Part shown: positions 57,985-64,000 of the stretch, piece after piece
Numbering within the stretch: the first letter of the stretch is position 1
How the letters are laid out: each line of letters begins with the position of its first letter
Origin: Acidimicrobiia bacterium
GTDB lineage: Bacteria; Actinomycetota; Acidimicrobiia; Acidimicrobiales; Bin134
DNA: 64,000 nucleotides
Direction of reading: 5' to 3'
NCBI GenBank assembly: GCA_022825005.1
Contig: JAJDYU010000024.1
Location: forward strand, 634 to 64,633
Translations under genes and position numbers: made by a program
Notes under the pieces: model-generated
The model's database searches: none
Seen by the model: the letters and a program-made list of their open reading frames with translations, nothing else
Told to the model about the DNA's origin: nothing

Positions 57985-59760
57985 ATGAGAGGCGCGGCTT
58001 GGCGGTGGCTGGTGGCTCTTTGCGTGCTCGCGCTGTTGGCATCGGCCTGCGGCGGTGATGACGACACCGGCGATGGCGGCTCGCCCCCGGCAACTTCGGC
58101 GCCCTCCCAAGACTCGCAGGACGCCCAAGACCCCCAGCCCAGCGACAGCCAAGACGAACAGCCCGTCGAACAGGAGAGCCGCGACGCCGACGAGGAGTCC
58201 CCCGAGCCCACTGCGGCCCCGACGCTGCCGGACGAAGAGCCGCCCCCGTCTGAGCCCGACGAGATTTACGGCGGCACACTGGTGTTCGCCCTGGAGTCGG
58301 AGACCTCAGGGGGATGGAACCCCATCACCACCTCGGCGGCGACATCGGGACACATCGTGCTGCGCCAGCTCTACGACCCACTTGTCATCGAAGGCGCCGA
58401 TGGGGAGGCGATTCCGTTCTTGTTGGAGAGCTTCTCTTCCAACGACGACTACACCGAGTGGACGTTCACGCTGCGCCAGGGGATCACGTTTCACGATGGC
58501 TCACCGGTGAACTCGGCTGCCCTCGTCCGCCATATGGAGGAACTGAGTAGGGGCACCCTGGCGCGGCTGGCCATTGAAGAGGCCTCAATGCAGAGCTACG
58601 AGGCGGTCGACGACTTGAGCGTGAAGATCACGCTGGGAAGGACATTCGTCGACTTCCCTCTGGGCTTCACCAGCGCGGGTGGCTTTCTGGGGGCGCCGGC
58701 GATGTACGACCTCGGCAACGACAGCCCTCGCAACCCGATCGGCACCGGCCCGTTCATGCTGGAACAGTGGGATGAGCATGAGGTGACGCGGCTGGTGCGC
58801 AACCCGAACTACTGGCGCACCGATGCCGAGGGCCGGCAGCTTCCCTACCTTGACGCCATCGAGTTCCGCCCCATAGAAGACGATGAGGCCCGGTTCAACA
58901 CCCTTCGGGCTGGCGATGTGGATGCCAGCGTCGACAACGGCGGAAGAAGGGTGGAGGAGTACAACGAAGACTTCAAGGCCTATTGGCAGGAAGACAAGTA
59001 CACGGCCACCACTTCGGTGTTGATGAACACCACGAGACCGCCGTTCGACAACGTGGAGATTCGCCGGGCGCTGGCCCAGTGCACCGACCGGCAGACCCTC
59101 AACACCGTTTTGTGGGACGGGCAGCCGCCCGCCACCGGCCCGTTCTCCCCCGGTACCCCCGGCTATCTGGAGGACTCCGGGTTTCCCGACTACGACCCTG
59201 ATGCCGGCCGGGCCGTGTTCGAGCGGTTGGGCGCGCCCAGCTTCGACATCACCACCACAGTCACCACGCTCGACCTTCTGCAAGCCGAGTTGCTCGTCCA
59301 GATGTGGGGCGAGTGCGGCCTGGACGTGGGCATCGACCAAATGCTCCAGACCGAGGCGGTGACCACGGCCGTGTTCGGGAACTTCGCGGTGTTCGTGGCC
59401 GTCAACCACAGCGGGTACAGCCTGGCCATGGAGCGGTTCTGGTGGCACAGCGGCTACAGCCCGCCTCCCCCGGTTCCGGCCATCAACTTCGGGCGAGTCG
59501 CAGACCCCCGGATCGACGCGGCGCTCGACGAGGTCATCACCACCGACGACGAGCAGCGGCAGCGGGAGCTCGCCGAGGAGGTGAATAGGGCGTTTGCCGA
59601 GGGTGTGTACAACATCTGGCTCTACCACTCTCGGTGGCTGATCGCCGCTCAAGACCACGTGAACGGCGTCGACAACCTCACGCTCCCCGAGGGGGAAGAG
59701 CACCCCAAGATCTTCCTCGGCCGGGTGTTCTTGGCCGAGGTTTGGCTGGACGACAGCTAG
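57985..59760 (+). CDS. ABC transporter substrate-binding lipoprotein, family 5 (paralog 1)
   Basis: LASAC lipobox, acidic linker, LRQGITFHDG, PIGTGPF, RNPNYW, LPYLD. Confidence 0.93.
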   Translation: MRGAAWRWLVALCVLALLASACGGDDDTGDGGSPPATSAPSQDSQDAQDPQPSDSQDEQPVEQESRDADEESPEPTAAPTLPDEEPPPSEPDEIYGGTLVFALESETSGGWNPITTSAATSGHIVLRQLYDPLVIEGADGEAIPFLLESFSSNDDYTEWTFTLRQGITFHDGSPVNSAALVRHMEELSRGTLARLAIEEASMQSYEAVDDLSVKITLGRTFVDFPLGFTSAGGFLGAPAMYDLGNDSPRNPIGTGPFMLEQWDEHEVTRLVRNPNYWRTDAEGRQLPYLDAIEFRPIEDDEARFNTLRAGDVDASVDNGGRRVEEYNEDFKAYWQEDKYTATTSVLMNTTRPPFDNVEIRRALAQCTDRQTLNTVLWDGQPPATGPFSPGTPGYLEDSGFPDYDPDAGRAVFERLGAPSFDITTTVTTLDLLQAELLVQMWGECGLDVGIDQMLQTEAVTTAVFGNFAVFVAVNHSGYSLAMERFWWHSGYSPPPPVPAINFGRVADPRIDAALDEVITTDDEQRQRELAEEVNRAFAEGVYNIWLYHSRWLIAAQDHVNGVDNLTLPEGEEHPKIFLGRVFLAEVWLDDS

Positions 59761-59822
59761 AAAGCGCATCCCCGCCTGCTGGGGTAACTTGGTGCCAACT
59801 ATCGACATGGGGGGATCGTGTC

Positions 59823-61637
59823 ATGGCTGGATTCTTGCGGGTTTCGAAGCTAGCGCGGTGGCGCTGGCTTGCTCTGTTCTGCGCGCTGGCCCTAGTGGCC
59901 TCAGCCTGCGGTGGTGGGAACGACGACGATGATGCCGGCGGCGGAGTGGCGGCGGAAGCCACCGCCGCCCCTGAGACGCCCTCAGGGGGAGACGGCGATG
60001 ACGCCCCGGCCCCCAGCGGGGACGGCGACGACGGTGCCGAGCCCAGTGCTGGCGATGACAGCGACCAAGACGCCGCGGCCCCCGAGGACACCTCGGACGC
60101 CACCGAAGCCGAGGCCCCCGAAGCACCCGAGGCTGCACTGGAGCCCCAGTACGGGGGAACCCTGGTGGTGGGATTGGAGGCCGAGACCACCAACGGGCTG
60201 AACCCGGTCAACGCCCAAGCCGCGGTGTCGGGCCACATCCTGTTCCGGGCGCTCTATGACACGTTGACCATTGAAGGCCCCGGCGGCGAGGCCGTGCCCA
60301 ACTTGCTGGAGAGCATCACCTCCAACGACGACTTCAGCGAGTGGACCATGACCCTGCGTCCGGGGATCACCTTCCACGATGGGACACCGGCGGACTCGGC
60401 CGCGCTCAAGCGTCACTTTGACGAGCAGGCCAAGGGCACGCTGACCGGTATTACGGTGAGCGACTGGGAAGTCCAATCCACCGACATCGTGGACGATCTC
60501 ACCATCAAGATGACCTTGGCGAAGCCGTTCGCCCCCCTGCCCAACTTCCTGACCAGCCATCTCGGCTATTTCGGGGCGCCGTCGATGCACGACTTGGGCG
60601 CGGAAGGGGTGGCCCGAAATCCCATCGGCACCGGCCCGTTCATGTTGGAAGAGTGGATTCCCAACGAGGTGACCCGAATGGTGCGCAACCCCGACTACTG
60701 GCGCACCGACGCCGAAGGTCGACAGCTTCCCTATCTGGACGCCGTGGAGTTCCGGCCCATCCCCGACACCGATGGCCGGTTCGCAGCCCTTCGGGCCGGC
60801 GACCTCGATGCCAGCAGCGTGAATACCGGTATCCGAATCGATGAGTACAACGAGGAATTCAAGACGTACTGGCAGCCGGAGGAATATAACGAAACCACCT
60901 ACCTGTTGTTGAACAACTCCAGACCGCCGTATGACAACGCGGAGTTCCGCCGGGCCTTGGCCCAGTGCACCGACCGCCACACGTTCAACACCATCCGCTG
61001 GGACGGACAAGTGCCGGCCACCGGCCCGTTCTCGCCGGGAACTCCCGGCTATTTGGAAGACTCGGGATTCCCGGCCTATGACCCTGGAGCGGGGAGCGCC
61101 ACCATTGCCCGCCTGGGAATAACCAGTGCGCAGATCGGCACTACCAATGACCCGGCCAATCTCCTCAACACCGAGTTGATCGCCTCCATGTGGCGCGATT
61201 GCGGGCTCGGTGTGGACATCACCCAGGTTGACCAGGCCGCATTCATCACCAACGCGGTTATTGGAAACTTCACCGCCTTCTTGTGGCGCCAACACGAGAG
61301 CTTTGACGTGGGCGCCGAGCGGATTTGGTGGCACAGCAAGTTCGGCCAGGCGGCCATCGCGCTGAACTTCGGCCGGATCGACAATCCGACAATCGACGAG
61401 GCGTTGGACGAGGCCCTCACCACCAAGGATCTTGATCGTCGTCGAGAACTCGCCGAACAGATCAACCGGTCATTTGCCGAGCAGGCCCACTACATCTGGT
61501 TCTACCACTCGAACTGGTTGTTCGCGACCCATGACCATGTTCATGGTGTCGACAACCTCACCCTCCCTGATGGGGTGGAGCACCATAGAGTGTTCGGCGG
61601 GAGAGTGTTCTTGACCGAGACCTGGATCGAGCAATAG
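59823..61637 (+). CDS. ABC transporter substrate-binding lipoprotein, family 5 (paralog 2)
   Basis: VASAC lipobox; same motifs as paralog 1; ATG 59823. Confidence 0.93.
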   Translation: MAGFLRVSKLARWRWLALFCALALVASACGGGNDDDDAGGGVAAEATAAPETPSGGDGDDAPAPSGDGDDGAEPSAGDDSDQDAAAPEDTSDATEAEAPEAPEAALEPQYGGTLVVGLEAETTNGLNPVNAQAAVSGHILFRALYDTLTIEGPGGEAVPNLLESITSNDDFSEWTMTLRPGITFHDGTPADSAALKRHFDEQAKGTLTGITVSDWEVQSTDIVDDLTIKMTLAKPFAPLPNFLTSHLGYFGAPSMHDLGAEGVARNPIGTGPFMLEEWIPNEVTRMVRNPDYWRTDAEGRQLPYLDAVEFRPIPDTDGRFAALRAGDLDASSVNTGIRIDEYNEEFKTYWQPEEYNETTYLLLNNSRPPYDNAEFRRALAQCTDRHTFNTIRWDGQVPATGPFSPGTPGYLEDSGFPAYDPGAGSATIARLGITSAQIGTTNDPANLLNTELIASMWRDCGLGVDITQVDQAAFITNAVIGNFTAFLWRQHESFDVGAERIWWHSKFGQAAIALNFGRIDNPTIDEALDEALTTKDLDRRRELAEQINRSFAEQAHYIWFYHSNWLFATHDHVHGVDNLTLPDGVEHHRVFGGRVFLTETWIEQ

Positions 61638-61690
61638 CAGCAGGCCCCGGCTGAGAAGGGCACCGACAGGCCAGGACGCAGGAGAAGCCA

Positions 61691-62635
61691 GTGCTCCGGT
61701 TCATGGGAATGCGTATGGCCCAGCTTGCCGTGGTCGTGCTGGCGGTCACTCTGCTGTTCTACTGGATGCTGAACCTGCTGCCGGGCAATCCGTGTGTGGC
61801 TGCATTCGGCGGTGCGGCCACCCAAGAGCAGATTGCCGAATGCGAGCGGGACCGCAACCTGGGCGATCCAGTGATCGTGCAGTGGGCCAAATGGGGCGGC
61901 GACGTTCTCACCGGCGATTTCGGCAAGTCGTACCTCACCGGGCGCTCCTTTGGCGAGGCCATAAACCACGCACTGCCCCGCACTTTGTTGCTGTTGGCCT
62001 ATTCCCAGATCCTGGCCTTGGGTGCGGCGATTCCGCTCGGCCTGTACACGGGATACAAGCAAAACAGCGTGGGCGACAAGATCACGAGCGGAGGGGCGTT
62101 CGCACTGCTGTCTACCCCGGTGTTCGTGCTCGGACTTGTATTGATCCTGGTGTTCGCGGTGAGACTGGACTGGTTCGACTTGAGTGGCTATCAGCCGATT
62201 TCGGCAGGGTTGGTGGCGCATTTCAAGGTGATGTTCCTTCCCGCGGTGACGCTGGCCGCCGGACTGCTTCCCGTTTATCTGAGGCTGCTGCGCACCGACG
62301 TGATCGGCACCTTGCAAGAGGATTTCGTGGGAACAGCTCGGGCCAAGGGCCTGCCGGTGCGCCATGTGCTCATTCGCCATGTGCTCCGCCCTTCGAGCTT
62401 CACGCTGCTGACCATATTCGGCATCCAGGCCGCGCAGGCGGTAAACGGGGCCATCGTGGTGGAGTTCCTATTCGATCTTGACGGGGTCGGATCGCTGCTG
62501 GTGGCGTGGGTAGCCGCCCGAGAATTCCTGCTGGTCCAGACCCTGGTGGCGTTGATCGCCGCCGTGTTCGTAACCGTGACCACATTCGTTGACCTGCTCT
62601 ACTCCGTGCTCGACCCCCGGATACGGCGAAAATGA
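61691..62635 (+). CDS. Dpp/Opp-type ABC permease (DppB-like)
   Basis: GDFGKSY, DFVGTARAKGL, GAIVVEFLF, DLLYSVLDPRIR. Confidence 0.93.
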   Translation: MLRFMGMRMAQLAVVVLAVTLLFYWMLNLLPGNPCVAAFGGAATQEQIAECERDRNLGDPVIVQWAKWGGDVLTGDFGKSYLTGRSFGEAINHALPRTLLLLAYSQILALGAAIPLGLYTGYKQNSVGDKITSGGAFALLSTPVFVLGLVLILVFAVRLDWFDLSGYQPISAGLVAHFKVMFLPAVTLAAGLLPVYLRLLRTDVIGTLQEDFVGTARAKGLPVRHVLIRHVLRPSSFTLLTIFGIQAAQAVNGAIVVEFLFDLDGVGSLLVAWVAAREFLLVQTLVALIAAVFVTVTTFVDLLYSVLDPRIRRK

Positions 62636-63507
62636 CCGACGTCACCACTACCGCCGTAACGGGTTCCCAGCCCGAAGTCGCCCCACGCAAGCACCGGCAC
62701 AACGTTGCCTTGTGGCTGTCGGTGGGGTGGCTTTTCTTGGTGATCGCCAGTGCGGTGCTCGCTCCCTGGCTGGGATTCCTGGACGACCCCCAGAAGCCTC
62801 TGGCCGGGCAGCCCGAGGAAGGACCGGGGTGGTCGCATTGGTTCGGCACCGACCAGCTAGGCCGGGACATGTTCGCCCGCTCGGTGTGGGGCGGTCGGCT
62901 GTCGCTGTCCATCGCCGGTCCCGCGGTGGGCATCGGCATCGTGGTGGGCGGGGTGCTGGGAGTGGTAGCCGGCTATTTCGGCAGGTGGATCGACCTTGGC
63001 GTAAGCAGCGTGGTCAACGTGGCGCTGGCGCTGCCCGCGCTGGTGTTCGCCCTGTTCATCGTGACCATGCTGGGCCAGAGCTACATAAACGTCACCATTG
63101 CCGTGACCATCTTGACGATCCCGGCCATTGCCCGTATCGCCCGGGCTCAAGCGCTTCGGTTCGCCGCTCGGGAGTTTGTGACCGTAGCCGGCATGATGGG
63201 GGCCCGTTGGCCACGGCTGCTGTTCAGGGAAGTGCTGCCCAACGTAGTGCCGGCGTTGGCTTCTATCGCCTTTTTGGCCATGGGCATTGTGATCATCGCC
63301 GAGGGGAGCCTGTCGTTCATTGGGGTGAGCGTGGGCTCGCCCAGCATCACGTGGGGCAACATCCTGGCCGCGGGGAAGGGAAGGCTGGAGGATGCCCCCC
63401 ATATCGCTCTGATAACCGGCGGGGTGATGTTCGTCACGCTCATGGCGCTGAACTTCGTGGGCGACGAGATGCTCCGGCGCCTGGATGTGCGCGAGGCCCG
63501 GATCTAG
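62632..63507 (+). CDS. Dpp/Opp-type ABC permease (DppC-like)
   Basis: HWFGTDQLGRD, REVLPN, EGSLSFIG, NFVGD. Confidence 0.93.
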   Translation: MTDVTTTAVTGSQPEVAPRKHRHNVALWLSVGWLFLVIASAVLAPWLGFLDDPQKPLAGQPEEGPGWSHWFGTDQLGRDMFARSVWGGRLSLSIAGPAVGIGIVVGGVLGVVAGYFGRWIDLGVSSVVNVALALPALVFALFIVTMLGQSYINVTIAVTILTIPAIARIARAQALRFAAREFVTVAGMMGARWPRLLFREVLPNVVPALASIAFLAMGIVIIAEGSLSFIGVSVGSPSITWGNILAAGKGRLEDAPHIALITGGVMFVTLMALNFVGDEMLRRLDVREARI

Positions 63508-63556
63508 GGCGGCCGCCTCGACGGGCTCGAAGCCCGCAAATGGCGCTGCTAGCCGC

Positions 63557-64000
63557 TCACTGCTGCTGTTGCTGCTGTTGTTGTCGGGTGCGGGGGGCCT
63601 GCACCGTGCGGAGGAGCGAGGGCTGCATCGGCGTGGACAGGGGGCGGGCCGGGTCCGTCCGGCGGATTTCCACTGACGCCTCCACCGTTGGAGTGCCCGG
63701 GCCGGAGTAGACGCCCCTGAGCGGGGGCACATCGTCGTAGTCGCGGCCGTGGCCGATCTTGACGTGCTGGCGGCCCACCGGCAACCCGTTGGTGGGATCG
63801 AGCGGCAGCCAGCCCAGCCCGGGAACGGCCGCCTCGAACCAGGCGTGGGTCTGCACCCTCACCAGATCGCCGTCGATGCTGCCGGTGTGGTCGTCGCTGG
63901 AGAACAGGTAGCCCGAAACATAGCGGGCCGGGATGCCGATGCTCCGGCACAGGGCCACGGCCAAGTGGGCATAATCCTGGCAAACGCCCACCCCCTTGGC
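63557..64000 (-). CDS. Transglutaminase-like family protein with poly-Gln C-terminus; 5' partial
   Basis: GVCQDYAH, ARYVSGY, THAW, LDPTN, GRDYDDVPP. Confidence 0.92.
   Translation of the reverse strand, partial: AKGVGVCQDYAHLAVALCRSIGIPARYVSGYLFSSDDHTGSIDGDLVRVQTHAWFEAAVPGLGWLPLDPTNGLPVGRQHVKIGHGRDYDDVPPLRGVYSGPGTPTVEASVEIRRTDPARPLSTPMQPSLLRTVQAPRTRQQQQQQQQ

Overview
High-GC (roughly two-thirds by eye) actinobacterial DNA; gene content and order suggest Acidimicrobiia, which is an inference. 1-17 kb is mostly housekeeping: UvrD2-like helicase, dxs, tldD/pmbA, uppP, and the conserved SAF-MTAP-FmdB / moeA-moaA-moaC-membrane protein-tRNA-Ala locus. 17-34 kb holds acyl-CoA and steroid-type catabolic genes, rsgA, a Mo-oxidoreductase and vapBC. 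35-48.5 kb is a methylated-inositol/rhizopine-type (mocD, mocE, mocF, iolG, IolR-like) catabolic cluster bounded by gene remnants. tRNA-Glu follows, with two downstream copies of its 3' end that delimit integrase-less islets (MNT/HEPN pair; SDR). The window ends with a peptide-type ABC operon. The main hidden signal is selenocysteine recoding. Two genes that the ORF track truncates or splits at an in-frame TGA continue in frame into a U-x-x-C motif with a SECIS-like hairpin: a known-type UGSC protein (56317-56856) and a winged-helix class I SAM methyltransferase (33214-34281), a family I do not know as a selenoprotein. All product calls come from motif and family recognition by eye, with no database search.
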